DNA of 19,764 bases from Candidatus Heimdallarchaeota archaeon (GCA_021399345.1 JAAFKI010000132.1:1-19764); one strand, 5' to 3'; counted from the stretch's first letter, positions 8,377-17,171 are shown. The notes: generated by a model from the letters alone, not told the origin. Numbers and translations are program-made.

Positions 8377-9303
8377 ATGTCAAAAGACTTCTGTCAAAAC
8401 TGTGGAAAAGCGAAAGGGAATAGTACCCGCTGTGATTTTTGTGGATTTAGGGAAGAAAAACAACAACCCCAAATTAGTACAGATAAAAATGAGATCAGAA
8501 AAATAGGTGTTTGGTTATCTAAATGTCCAGTATGTAAATTCGGTCAAGTGAACAGATTTACAAAGAAGGTTTTCTTTAATCTCATCAAAAAGAAATTTCT
8601 GGAATGTGAGAGCTGTGGAGCAATTTTTTCTCAATTTGATTCTAAAAATTACAGATTGAAACATGTTATGAAAACCTCTAGTGAAGTGTGGAAATTATAT
8701 GGTGGAGTTGTACTCAGTGAAAGAGAATGGAAGAATATTGCAGTGGGAGGTATGTCCAATAGACTTCAAAGAAAAACTGATATTGAATTGTGGGAAAAGA
8801 AATTTTCCAATGGAGAAGTTTCTTTAAGAGATACAGTACTTGTTCCAGAAGATTTTTCTTCAGAAAACCCTCCTATAATCCTTAAGAAAAACGAAGAATT
8901 ACTTTTTGCATTTAGAAATATAACATTACAAGAAACAAGAATGGTCAGTAATCGAAAACGTATCAATTTAGGGACGATAGGAATTGTAAAGGTAGCAGGA
9001 TATGTTGGTGGATCCAAGCCTGAGATGAGGAAAATCGATGTAGGAGTATTATGCTTGACATCCAACCGTTTAGTTTTTGCTGGTCGGAATAAGAACGTCA
9101 TTTCACAACTTGATAAGATAATGAAAATAGATGAATATTATTCTGGGATTTCAATAGCTAGAGAAGGAAAGACCAAAACACAGTTCTATACGGGGGATGC
9201 TTTTAATAAAGATTTCAAAATTACAATTGAGGGAAGAGGATATGTCCAGAAACTAAGTCCTTCAAGAATTATACAACAAATTCAGAATTTAGTTCGATTC
9301 TAA
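8377..9303 (+). CDS. Double zinc-ribbon protein with C-terminal PH/GRAM-like domain
   Basis: CQNC..CDFC and CPVC..CESC pairs. C-terminal ILKKNEELL...DVGVLCLTSNRLVFAG resembles bacterial PH-like folds. Confidence 0.7.
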   Translation: MSKDFCQNCGKAKGNSTRCDFCGFREEKQQPQISTDKNEIRKIGVWLSKCPVCKFGQVNRFTKKVFFNLIKKKFLECESCGAIFSQFDSKNYRLKHVMKTSSEVWKLYGGVVLSEREWKNIAVGGMSNRLQRKTDIELWEKKFSNGEVSLRDTVLVPEDFSSENPPIILKKNEELLFAFRNITLQETRMVSNRKRINLGTIGIVKVAGYVGGSKPEMRKIDVGVLCLTSNRLVFAGRNKNVISQLDKIMKIDEYYSGISIAREGKTKTQFYTGDAFNKDFKITIEGRGYVQKLSPSRIIQQIQNLVRF

Positions 9304-9352
9304 TTGTTTTATAGTATTACCAATATATTGAATCATGTATAAATTTCTATAT

Positions 9353-9700
9353 CTATTTTGGTAAAAATGATCGTAGATGTTCTTCATTAATCTGTTCTTT
9401 ACAGATTGGGCAAGTACCTTTAACCTTAATCCATTCCTGAATATGATTCTTGTGAAAAACATGATTACAAGCTTCTACTTGAACTATTTTTTCTCCTGCA
9501 ACAATAATGTTCTTGCATATCTCACAATAAGGAGCTTTCTTTCCACAATTTAAACAAACAATAGGTCCTTCATCTTCAATTTCAGCAAGAACAGCTTCAC
9601 AATAAATACATTGGATCTTCTGTTTTTGTTCTTCGATTTTTTCAGTTCTTTCAGATTTAGCTTCTTCCTTAGTATCATCTGTTGTCTCAAAAGTTCTCAA
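9353..9700 (-). CDS. RING-H2 finger protein (E3 ubiquitin ligase-like) with preceding zinc ribbon
   Basis: CEIC...CNHVFHKNHIQEWIKVKGTCPIC RING pattern with the conserved W and P, plus upstream CIYC..CLNC. The TTG start is uncertain. Confidence 0.85.
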   Translation of the reverse strand: MRTFETTDDTKEEAKSERTEKIEEQKQKIQCIYCEAVLAEIEDEGPIVCLNCGKKAPYCEICKNIIVAGEKIVQVEACNHVFHKNHIQEWIKVKGTCPICKEQINEEHLRSFLPK

Positions 9701-9938
9701 ATGAACTGGTTTTCTTATTCACAAAGTAATATCTACTTGAATATGTATTAAACTGTTTGGACTAAATTTAACTTAAATTTGTAAATAGATACTTTCATCT
9801 TTGTATTTTTCAAGATTAATAAACTAAAATCTAAAATTTACCACATTTATAAACCAAACTTCTCATTATATCTACAGAACAGTCTATCTCTCTCTTATTC
9901 TCCCAACCCACTAAAAGAGAAGAAGCAAAAGAAAATAG

Positions 9939-10472
9939 GTGAACAAAGTGGGTTTAAACAATCACGTAAAAATAAAAGAAGAAGTACAAAACTATCAATC
10001 AGCCATAGAACATTTACAAGAAGAGTTAGCACGATTGAAAGAGATGAGGGAACAGCTGAACGAACCAATGAATATGACAATTGATTTATCCGAACCTAAG
10101 GATCTCATGGAAGCAGCGAGAAAATATGAACAGGAACTAAAAACTGGAGAGAAGGATCCAGTCATGTATATGTACAAAGACATGATGATTGAAATTGTCT
10201 TTGAAGCTCAAAGGGAACTAAGCAAGAAACTTCCTTTGTCTTTCCTTACCTCCATACGTGAGAAGGATAATTTGGAAGATTTACTCTCTTATGCTCTTGC
10301 CGAACTTACCATTCTTGAATCTAAACTCTATTCTCTCCATTTAGATGAATTTGATTGTTTGATTTGCGGTGAAAGGAATCTTGTTCTTGATGAGACCAGA
10401 GGAGAACAAACCTGCAAGAATTGTGGAACAGTTAGCAGAGAGAAGATGATAGAGGAAGAAATAATACATTAA
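9939..10472 (+). CDS. Coiled-coil protein with C-terminal TFIIB-type zinc ribbon
   Basis: N-terminal heptad-like IEHLQEELARLKEMREQL and C-terminal CLICGERNLVLDETRGEQTCKNCGTV. The start codon is uncertain. Confidence 0.75.
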   Translation: MNKVGLNNHVKIKEEVQNYQSAIEHLQEELARLKEMREQLNEPMNMTIDLSEPKDLMEAARKYEQELKTGEKDPVMYMYKDMMIEIVFEAQRELSKKLPLSFLTSIREKDNLEDLLSYALAELTILESKLYSLHLDEFDCLICGERNLVLDETRGEQTCKNCGTVSREKMIEEEIIH

Positions 10473-10478
10473 AACAAA

Positions 10479-11489
10479 GTGAATTGGATGAGTACAATGC
10501 AATTACCTCAAAGTGGCAAAGAAAGACAAGAAGCAATAGAAAAGCAACTAGCTCATTACTTGAATAGAGCTTTATTGATTTTCTCAGAAGAAGAGGTAGG
10601 AAAAAAACTATTTCTTAATATGTTAAGTGAAGTCTATGCATCTCATGAGAACCTAGCCCAGAAACACTCTACTAAGTGGGGAGTGATTGAGGAACCTGCA
10701 AAGTATATCAAGGGATTGAAAGTAGAATCATGGGAATACGAAGGGATAAAGAAGCACTATGACACTCTATTCGAGAAATATGATTCAGAAGATTTAGAGC
10801 ACTTGGTCAAACTGTGGTATGTCAAGTTTGAACTCTCAGAGATAAAAGAATTGGTTGAACACTACTATTCAGAAGATGAAGAGGAAAAAGAAATAGCTAC
10901 TGAGATATTGAAAGGATTGGGGGTATGGAGATTAGAAAGATTCCTATGGAAAGAGTTTGGTAGAATCTACAAACTACCACCAGTAGAGTATTTAGAGAAC
11001 TACTATCAATATTGTGCTTCAACAAGGGAGGATAATCCATTAGAAGAGAAGCATTTCATGGCTAAGATTGAGGAAATTCAAGGAAAGTTGTTTGATTGCT
11101 TGGTTTACGATTTGATAGCTGTGGAAGGAGAATTGGGTATAGCAAGAATGGAGAAAATGGCAAAACTAGCTAAAGATTCCTCTACAGTAGAAGAAAAGAT
11201 AACTATACTGAAAAAACTTCTCTATCTCTACCCTTACCATAGAAATTATACACGTAATCCTATTTATGAGGAGAATCCAGGATATTGGATCTATTCAGAA
11301 GTGATAGAAACTTTGGAAGAGATAGGAGGAGAAGAAGCAGAAAAGGTTTTGCAGGAGATCGTTCAAGGAGATTTTCATCATGAAGAAACAAAAGAAGAAG
11401 CAATTAAACAACTTGAGAATATAAGAGAAATACATTATCTTACTAATCTACCTACTTTAGAGGATTTCGTAGAAAAAACAGATACTTAA
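10479..11489 (+). CDS. Acidic helical hypothetical protein with a C-terminal HEAT-like repeat
   Basis: 336 aa, 6 bp after the previous stop. EVIETLEEIGGEEAEKVLQEIV...TKEEAIKQL is HEAT/PBS-like. The stop overlaps the convergent gene's stop (TTAA 11486..11489). Confidence 0.7.
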   Translation: MNWMSTMQLPQSGKERQEAIEKQLAHYLNRALLIFSEEEVGKKLFLNMLSEVYASHENLAQKHSTKWGVIEEPAKYIKGLKVESWEYEGIKKHYDTLFEKYDSEDLEHLVKLWYVKFELSEIKELVEHYYSEDEEEKEIATEILKGLGVWRLERFLWKEFGRIYKLPPVEYLENYYQYCASTREDNPLEEKHFMAKIEEIQGKLFDCLVYDLIAVEGELGIARMEKMAKLAKDSSTVEEKITILKKLLYLYPYHRNYTRNPIYEENPGYWIYSEVIETLEEIGGEEAEKVLQEIVQGDFHHEETKEEAIKQLENIREIHYLTNLPTLEDFVEKTDT

Positions 11490-11713
11490 CTTTCCTTCCA
11501 GAGATCCTTTGTAAATCCATTATATTTTCTCAAAGTATCCAAGATGAATCTATTGACATTAGGGTTTTCTTCTTCAGAGAGAGCATTCCAGAGTGCTTTG
11601 AAAGCTCTCTTATCCTTTATACTGACTATCGCTTTTTCTCTTACTTCCCAATTATCATCTTTCAGCTGTTCTAGCAATTCTTCAAAAGTAGGTTCCTTCT
11701 CTTCTTTACTCAT
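11486..11713 (-). CDS. Short HEAT (PBS lyase-like) repeat protein
   Basis: MSKEEKEPTFEELLEQLKDDNWEVREKAIVSIKDKRAFKAL. Start moved to ATG 11713, 1 bp after the upstream gene's stop, matching the M(G/S)KEE starts of its neighbours. Confidence 0.75.
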   Translation of the reverse strand: MSKEEKEPTFEELLEQLKDDNWEVREKAIVSIKDKRAFKALWNALSEEENPNVNRFILDTLRKYNGFTKDLWKES

Positions 11714-11714
11714 A

Positions 11715-13028
11715 TCAGCCATCCTCATTCGTTTCTGGTTTTTCAATTGATATATTATATAGTTCTAGCAGTTTCTGTTCAATGTAATCTCTTTCCCAGT
11801 CTTGTGGGTATTTCTCTATTGCTTTTTGGACTGGTTTCACTACTTTGTTAAAGCCAGAATCTAGTAACAGATTTACGATTTGGAAACTACTATCAGAGCC
11901 TAAATTTTCGATATTATTATCAATGAATTTTTCAGTTTCAATTGGATCAATTCTCTTAGCAATCTCAAACATTTCTTTTGTATGAGAAGAGTATGGTTCC
12001 TCGAAATTTACTTCAATTGAACCATCATAAACTCCTTCTAGTGTTTCAAGAATTAGTTTCACAAGAGAATTTTCCTTATAAAGCATGAGAGATTCAGCTG
12101 CCATTACTCTGAGAAGACCAAAGCCATTATGTAGATATTCTGTTATGAAAGGGATAGAACTTTCATGTGCTAGCTTTCCTAAAGCTTTGAGTATTACTTC
12201 GATATAGAATGGATTTGAATCCTCACTACATGCTTGTAGACAATCATTAAGGATATCAACAGCCCTTTCATCTGAAGTCTCTCCTAATTTCTCAATTAGT
12301 TTATAATCGACGTATAAATCTTCATTAATGTACTCCTGTGCTTCAACAATTAGTTCTTCAATTTCCTCAGAAGTAAAATCCCAACTTTGGCTTTGCACTG
12401 ACCACTTTATCATTTCAAAATTGCTAAGAATATCATTCATCTCTGAAAGACTACAATGCTGATGCAAAGCATCAAGAGCCAATCTATCACCTGAATCTTC
12501 TAAAGCTTTTATTATCTCAGCTGTTATTTCTTTAGGTATGTTCATATTATTGAATTTCTCTAATGCTTTAACGAGTGCATTTATTGCTTCGTGTGTTTTT
12601 ATTCTTCCCAAAGCTTGTATTGCTTGAAATGTAATTTGCTTATCATCTTCAACGTATCCAAGCAAAATCCATCCCAAGAATTCGGCATTTCTTGGATCGC
12701 CTATTTTATCAAGAGCTTTAACTACGGCAGATTTAACTCCAAAATGCTCATCAGAATCACCTGCATCCACAGCATAGAAAACATTGGTAAGGAATGCTGA
12801 ATCAGTTCGTTCTGTAAGTTTAGGTATAGCATCAAGAGTAATTTTCTTGAAGAACCTATTGATTTTTTCGTCTCCTTGAGGAACAGATTGCACCAATTCG
12901 ATTATATTTTGTGTCCAATCCAGCTTCTGTCTCCTAAAATAATCCTCATAGTATTCGAGAATTCTTCTAGGACTTTGGTTATAAAGTGACTCTAACTCAA
13001 ATCTAAGTTTTTCCTCTTCTTTCCCCAT
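11715..13028 (-). CDS. HEAT repeat (PBS lyase-like) protein
   Basis: Repeats VKSAVVKALDKIGDPR, QAIQALGRIKTHEAINAL, IIKALEDSGDRLALDAL, ILKALGKLAHESSIPFI. Probable ATG at 13028 (MGKEEEK). Confidence 0.85.
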   Translation of the reverse strand: MGKEEEKLRFELESLYNQSPRRILEYYEDYFRRQKLDWTQNIIELVQSVPQGDEKINRFFKKITLDAIPKLTERTDSAFLTNVFYAVDAGDSDEHFGVKSAVVKALDKIGDPRNAEFLGWILLGYVEDDKQITFQAIQALGRIKTHEAINALVKALEKFNNMNIPKEITAEIIKALEDSGDRLALDALHQHCSLSEMNDILSNFEMIKWSVQSQSWDFTSEEIEELIVEAQEYINEDLYVDYKLIEKLGETSDERAVDILNDCLQACSEDSNPFYIEVILKALGKLAHESSIPFITEYLHNGFGLLRVMAAESLMLYKENSLVKLILETLEGVYDGSIEVNFEEPYSSHTKEMFEIAKRIDPIETEKFIDNNIENLGSDSSFQIVNLLLDSGFNKVVKPVQKAIEKYPQDWERDYIEQKLLELYNISIEKPETNEDG

Positions 13029-13043
13029 AGCAGTCAACTTTCT
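13014..13043 (-). repeat. 30-bp direct repeat spanning leader and start of HEAT gene 2
   Basis: AGAAAGTTGACTGCTATGGGGAAAGAAGAG, 28/30 identical to 13822..13851. Confidence 0.85.
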
Positions 13044-13836
13044 ATGTGTTTTTATTTTCGAAATCCTGTAGAATTTCCTTAATTTTATGCTGAAATATTG
13101 AATCTGTTTCTGACGATAATAGTTTCCTTAATGGTTCGATTGATTCCATTGCATTTAATTCTCCCAAGATACTGGCTGAACACCATCTCACTCTTTTGTC
13201 ATCATCTTTCAATGTTGAAATCAAGGGCTCAGCAAACTTCTTACACAGTATAGTTTGATCAAAAATATTCGGATTATTTAGCCTTCTAACAGACATAACC
13301 GCTTCCCATCTTACATCAGCATTTGGGTCATTCATTGCACTAATAATGGGGTCAAATACTCGTTCATCTTTCATTTTGCTTATTGCTTGAAGTATAGACA
13401 TTCTAAGTATACTACTCTCATCTTTCAAGGTTTGAATGATTTGAACCAAAAATGGTTTTCCTAACTTACTCACTGCGAAAATAATACATCTTCTCTTGTC
13501 ATCATCACTGTCTCTTAATGCGTTGAGTAGTTGTTCAATAGCTGGTCTTCTAAGCTTCATTAATGCCCATGCAGCAGTCTTGCAAACATAATTGTCATCC
13601 AAAAGAGCAACTAAAGGTTGTGTAGCTTGTACATCTCCTATCTCTCCTAAAGCTTTTGCTACTTTAGTTCTGACCCACCACATCTCATTTTCTAAGGCAG
13701 TGATTAAAGGTTCAACAGCTCTTGAATCTTGAATTTTCCCTAATCTCATTGCTGCAAGTCTTACCTCATTGTAATCATAGTCATTCAATTTCTCTAGCAA
13801 TTCTTCTAAGCAAGCTTCTTGCTCTTCTTTCCCCAT
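13042..13836 (-). CDS. HEAT repeat (PBS lyase-like) protein
   Basis: VRLAAMRLGKIQDSRAVEPLITAL, VRTKVAKALGEIGDVQATQPLVALL, VRWCSASILGEL. Probable ATG at 13836 (MGKEEQE), with a TATA about 25 bp upstream. Confidence 0.9.
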   Translation of the reverse strand: MGKEEQEACLEELLEKLNDYDYNEVRLAAMRLGKIQDSRAVEPLITALENEMWWVRTKVAKALGEIGDVQATQPLVALLDDNYVCKTAAWALMKLRRPAIEQLLNALRDSDDDKRRCIIFAVSKLGKPFLVQIIQTLKDESSILRMSILQAISKMKDERVFDPIISAMNDPNADVRWEAVMSVRRLNNPNIFDQTILCKKFAEPLISTLKDDDKRVRWCSASILGELNAMESIEPLRKLLSSETDSIFQHKIKEILQDFENKNT

Positions 13837-13851
13837 AACAATCAACTTTCT
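13822..13851 (-). repeat. 30-bp direct repeat spanning leader and start of HEAT gene 1
   Basis: AGAAAGTTGATTGTTATGGGGAAAGAAGAG, 28/30 identical to 13014..13043. Confidence 0.85.
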
Positions 13852-13860
13852 CAGAAATGG

Positions 13861-13905
13861 TTTATAACTCTTCCTTACTTTGGTTGTCTTTTTATAGCTC
13901 TTTCT
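13861..13905 (-). promoter_or_regulatory. Tandem BRE/TATA-like boxes 30 bp apart
   Basis: AGAAAGAGCTATAAA (13891..13905) and AGGAAGAGTTATAAA (13861..13875), 13/15 identical. Confidence 0.6.
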
Positions 13906-13925
13906 AGTAGGTTGTTCACCATATC

Positions 13926-13986
13926 GGTTGAAGGGCAAGTGGGTTCTCCCACAAACACTTTCAACTTTTAGTTCTACCCTTCAACC
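13926..13986. other. Intergenic nested inverted repeat
   Basis: GGTTGAAGGG (13926..13935) / CCCTTCAACC (13977..13986) enclosing a GTGGG-TTCT-CCCAC hairpin (13939..13952). Confidence 0.55.
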
Positions 13987-14092
13987 ATGGGCACTCCTTT
14001 ATAGTGAAAAAGATTTTCTGCTAATGGATAGGTGAGTAAGTTTCTGATTCTTTCCTTGTTTGTGGTATAAGAAAGAACAGCTGGTATGGGAC

Positions 14093-16783
14093 TCACCAAT
14101 CATTAAATCTCTTCTTAATTTTAATGTGAAATATGACAATAACACTTGTAGAAAGGATTGAAAATGATATCCATGAATATTCCTCTACAAGTAGAACTGT
14201 TGTAAAAACATATGTCTTATTCGTCCAATAGCCTAAGTTATCTTGAGCATTAATCTGAAGAATATGTTCTGAGTGTTCAGAAGGTATCAAGAAATCGAAA
14301 GGACTTGTTTTAGTTGTGAAGTTATTTGAATCCCATCTATAAAGAACTTGAGCAATTCCTGAAAAGTCTATTATATCAAAACTAATGATTGTTCCATCAG
14401 GTTGTTCAGTGTTATTTAATATCGTTAGTAGATTAACTGTGGGTGCTGTAGTATCATATACTTCTACTATAACTTGAGAAGTTGCAAGATTTAAGTATTG
14501 ATCATAAGCTTCTATCTCATAGATAAAAGTTCCTGCAGATAAACCATCAAGAACAACAATTATTGGTGTCCCATTTATCCATGTTCCTGTAATCTCTTCT
14601 ATGCCGTTTCGTTTTAGTGTATAATTTCCAGGGTATTTATCGTAAAGATTCCATGTTATAATATTACCTGTCTCTCCCTCGTTAAACTGTATATTTCCTG
14701 AATTAGAAATCATTGGTGATATTTGATCGAAAATATATTCTAATATTAGTACATCATCATCAATTACTGAAGTGATGAAAAGATGGTCTTGTTTGATATA
14801 ATATCCACCATTAATCATGGCGTGTATTAAATTATCATCGATGCTAGTAATTATTCCATTCCCTGTTGAATTCAAACAGATAACATAATCAGTACCAAAC
14901 ATACCAACTATATATAAATTATTTAATTCATCAAGAAATACAATTTCAGCTGTCTCATCTGTTGTAGAATTACCTAGATATGTGCTGAATATTAATCCAT
15001 TCCCTGTTGAGTTTAGTTTTGTTATCACTGCATCCTTCCCTCCTTGAAAAGTTTGATAAGGATTTAAGGTAGGATAATCAATATAATCAGTATACCCCGT
15101 AATATAACAGTTTCCTGCAGAATCTAGTGCTAATCCTACTGAATCATAATTATCACATTCATCCCCAGTTCCACCGATACATGTACTGAAAATTAAATTC
15201 GTTCCATTTGTGTCTATTTTTGCAACAAACAGATCAAAACCACCTTGAGGTGCTTGATACTCATTCACAACTGGGAAATTTGAAGAGTCTGTCACACCAC
15301 TAATATAGATGTTATTGTAAGCATCAAGCACTAGTTCAGATGGTGTATCCCAATGATCTCCACCCAGATAAGTGCAAAAAATACAATTCCCATCACTTTC
15401 AAATTTAGCAATAACACAATCCATTACTCCTGGATCACCTTTAACACTTTGAATAGCATTTTTAACTGGAAAAGATTGTGAAGCAGTTTGACCGTAAAAA
15501 TATGCGTTTCCATTTTCATCTACTTTGAAATTCCTAAATTCATCACTGCTACCACTGCTCCCCAAATAAGTGCTGTATAATAATCCATTTCCAGTTGAAT
15601 TCAAACCAGTAATGAAGATGTCTTTGTATAGTTGGTTATTTTGATATTGATTGAACACAGGAAAATTATCAGAATCTGTTTCTCCACTTATATAGACATT
15701 CCCGTTAGTATCAACACCAATGCCATATCCAATATCAAAATCATTTCCTCCAAGATATGTACTAAATAGGATACTAGTACCATCTGGCTCTAATTTTGTT
15801 ACGAAAGCATCATAATCACCTTGCCAAATAGGTTCATAAGCATTAACAATTGGGAAATTTGGGTAAGAGTTAGTACCTCCAGTTATATAGATGAAACCAT
15901 CTGAATCAACAAAAATACCTTTTCCAGCATCAACTTGATCTCCTCCAAAAGTGTATTCATTTATTTTAATGATAGGATCTATTGTCAATTCCTTTTTAGA
16001 ATCATATTGATTTATTCCAAATCCAAAAGAATTAGATAAACCTCTAGATTTGATGAATTGTGTTTCTACCTCTCTTAGATTATCTTGGAAAACTTTCAAT
16101 CCATTTTCATGATAAACACATTGTCCACTTTTTGCTGAGTATCCGTATATTTCCCCTTCTAAAATTTCCAATTGTATTGAATCACTCATTTGTATTAATA
16201 TATCATTTGGGTCCGCTTCAGGATGAACAATAAATTCGTATTTTAAGCCTTCTTTAGTTAAGATGTATCGTAGATCTATTCCTGAGTATATATCAAAATA
16301 CCAAATTTCCTCATATTCAAAAACATTGGTTATAACAGAACCACTGATGAAATAGTTACTATATCCAGATAATGCTCTTCTACCTACTGGTTCAACATTA
16401 TTTGAACCCGAAAACATAATGGAGATGAGCTCTGTCTGGTAACTAGTTTTATCTACGTAACTTATACTGATTTCTGAAGATTTGAAGAAGAAAACATTTT
16501 CTGGTGATTCCATATAGAATTTTACAGCAGAATTTCCAAATTGACCCTTGTTTTCCTTGAATCCTTTTTGTCTTTCTTTGTTTTGTGAATTCTCAATAAT
16601 GGTCTTAAACTCAGGTTGTGTCCATTCAGTATTGATTTCAAAATTTCTTAAGTGAGAGATTGACATATCATCTCCATTAGTGTTTTTTTGCGTTATTAAT
16701 GAAGCTGGAATTGATATTGTTAATAATATGATGAAAAGTGTAAGTGATTTCAGATTTAGGTGTTTTCCCATGTGACCCACCAT
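14093..16783 (-). CDS. Cell-surface SBBP beta-propeller repeat protein with Ig-like domains and C-terminal TM anchor
   Basis: Signal-like N-terminus; F.ENKGQ and YSGIDLRY...GLKYEFIVHPEADP..I domain; repeated D.F(V/I).K...G..L.FSTYLGG...D..GN.YI.G.T.S.NFP; Ig-like stretches; C-terminal hydrophobic helix followed by KIKKR. Confidence 0.9.
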   Translation of the reverse strand: MVGHMGKHLNLKSLTLFIILLTISIPASLITQKNTNGDDMSISHLRNFEINTEWTQPEFKTIIENSQNKERQKGFKENKGQFGNSAVKFYMESPENVFFFKSSEISISYVDKTSYQTELISIMFSGSNNVEPVGRRALSGYSNYFISGSVITNVFEYEEIWYFDIYSGIDLRYILTKEGLKYEFIVHPEADPNDILIQMSDSIQLEILEGEIYGYSAKSGQCVYHENGLKVFQDNLREVETQFIKSRGLSNSFGFGINQYDSKKELTIDPIIKINEYTFGGDQVDAGKGIFVDSDGFIYITGGTNSYPNFPIVNAYEPIWQGDYDAFVTKLEPDGTSILFSTYLGGNDFDIGYGIGVDTNGNVYISGETDSDNFPVFNQYQNNQLYKDIFITGLNSTGNGLLYSTYLGSSGSSDEFRNFKVDENGNAYFYGQTASQSFPVKNAIQSVKGDPGVMDCVIAKFESDGNCIFCTYLGGDHWDTPSELVLDAYNNIYISGVTDSSNFPVVNEYQAPQGGFDLFVAKIDTNGTNLIFSTCIGGTGDECDNYDSVGLALDSAGNCYITGYTDYIDYPTLNPYQTFQGGKDAVITKLNSTGNGLIFSTYLGNSTTDETAEIVFLDELNNLYIVGMFGTDYVICLNSTGNGIITSIDDNLIHAMINGGYYIKQDHLFITSVIDDDVLILEYIFDQISPMISNSGNIQFNEGETGNIITWNLYDKYPGNYTLKRNGIEEITGTWINGTPIIVVLDGLSAGTFIYEIEAYDQYLNLATSQVIVEVYDTTAPTVNLLTILNNTEQPDGTIISFDIIDFSGIAQVLYRWDSNNFTTKTSPFDFLIPSEHSEHILQINAQDNLGYWTNKTYVFTTVLLVEEYSWISFSILSTSVIVIFHIKIKKRFNDW

Positions 16784-16795
16784 TAAATATATCAG

Positions 16796-16850
16796 AACAT
16801 ATTTTAACCTTTTCTGTTATTTTGTCACTTTTTTTCTTGTTGTTTTAATA
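16796..16850. promoter_or_regulatory. Divergent promoter block (copy B)
   Basis: AACATATTTTAACCTTTT...TTGTTGTTTTAATA resembles AACATATTTATACCTTTT...TTGTTGTTTTTATA at 4831..4871. Confidence 0.5.
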
Positions 16851-16867
16851 CTTCTAACCCTCTCTGT

Positions 16868-17155
16868 TTACTGAAAGTGTTTATGGTTCTCGAAGATATT
16901 CCTCCTAAAGATAGTTCTTTTTCTGATTATTCTATCGATTACCTTCTTGCTGAATCTGCCACCTCTTTCTATGCTACTATTTACGACCTTACTGATGAAC
17001 CTATCTGGATCCCTAATTCTGTCGTTGATGATTTTTGGAGAATCAAACACTGCTTTCATAGCTTTTGCTTTGAAGTCTTGATTCTTTCCAGAATTGTCTG
17101 CCTTGCTTTGTATTTTTCTAGCAGTTTCTTTGGTCATTTTAGTTGATTTTCCCAT
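16868..17155 (-). CDS. Small basic hydrophilic protein (MTKETARKIQSKAD...NQDFKAKA, seed-maturation/SMP-like by recall) with read-through tail
   Basis: The first ~36 aa resemble, from memory, a widespread small protein pattern MT.E.A.RIQS.AD..G.NQDFKARA. The remainder is antisense to the + ORF. Confidence 0.55.
   Translation of the reverse strand: MGKSTKMTKETARKIQSKADNSGKNQDFKAKAMKAVFDSPKIINDRIRDPDRFISKVVNSSIERGGRFSKKVIDRIIRKRTIFRRNIFENHKHFQ
16877..17146 (+). CDS. Paralog of the 4895..5116 protein; tail reads antisense through the neighbouring micro-ORF (possibly pseudogenised)
   Basis: Ungapped 44-aa alignment with 14 identities (TDEPIWIPNSVVDDFWRIK vs TDKEIWVPKAVVGSDKRIK). Similarity stops at about 17048. 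Confidence 0.6.
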   Translation: MFMVLEDIPPKDSSFSDYSIDYLLAESATSFYATIYDLTDEPIWIPNSVVDDFWRIKHCFHSFCFEVLILSRIVCLALYFSSSFFGHFS

Positions 17156-17171
17156 TTAAATCACTTTATTC

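Noticed and set aside
9905-9954. AACCCACT/AGTGGGTT inverted repeat as an integron attC site
   Set aside because: It does not fit RYYYAAC...GTTRRRY, only 8 bp pair, genes are not co-oriented, and there is no IntI.
6115-12800. Short antisense ORFs (6115..6312, 6631..6858, 6758..6940, 7379..7639, 8766..9101, 9895..10080, 9995..10183, 11544..11750, 12591..12800)
   Set aside because: All overlap better-supported genes on the opposite strand and lack motifs.
13837-13938. 34-aa N-terminal extension of the HEAT gene (RKSYK twice)
   Set aside because: The repeated peptide is the translation of tandem BRE/TATA boxes. ATG 13836 matches the neighbours' MGKEE start.
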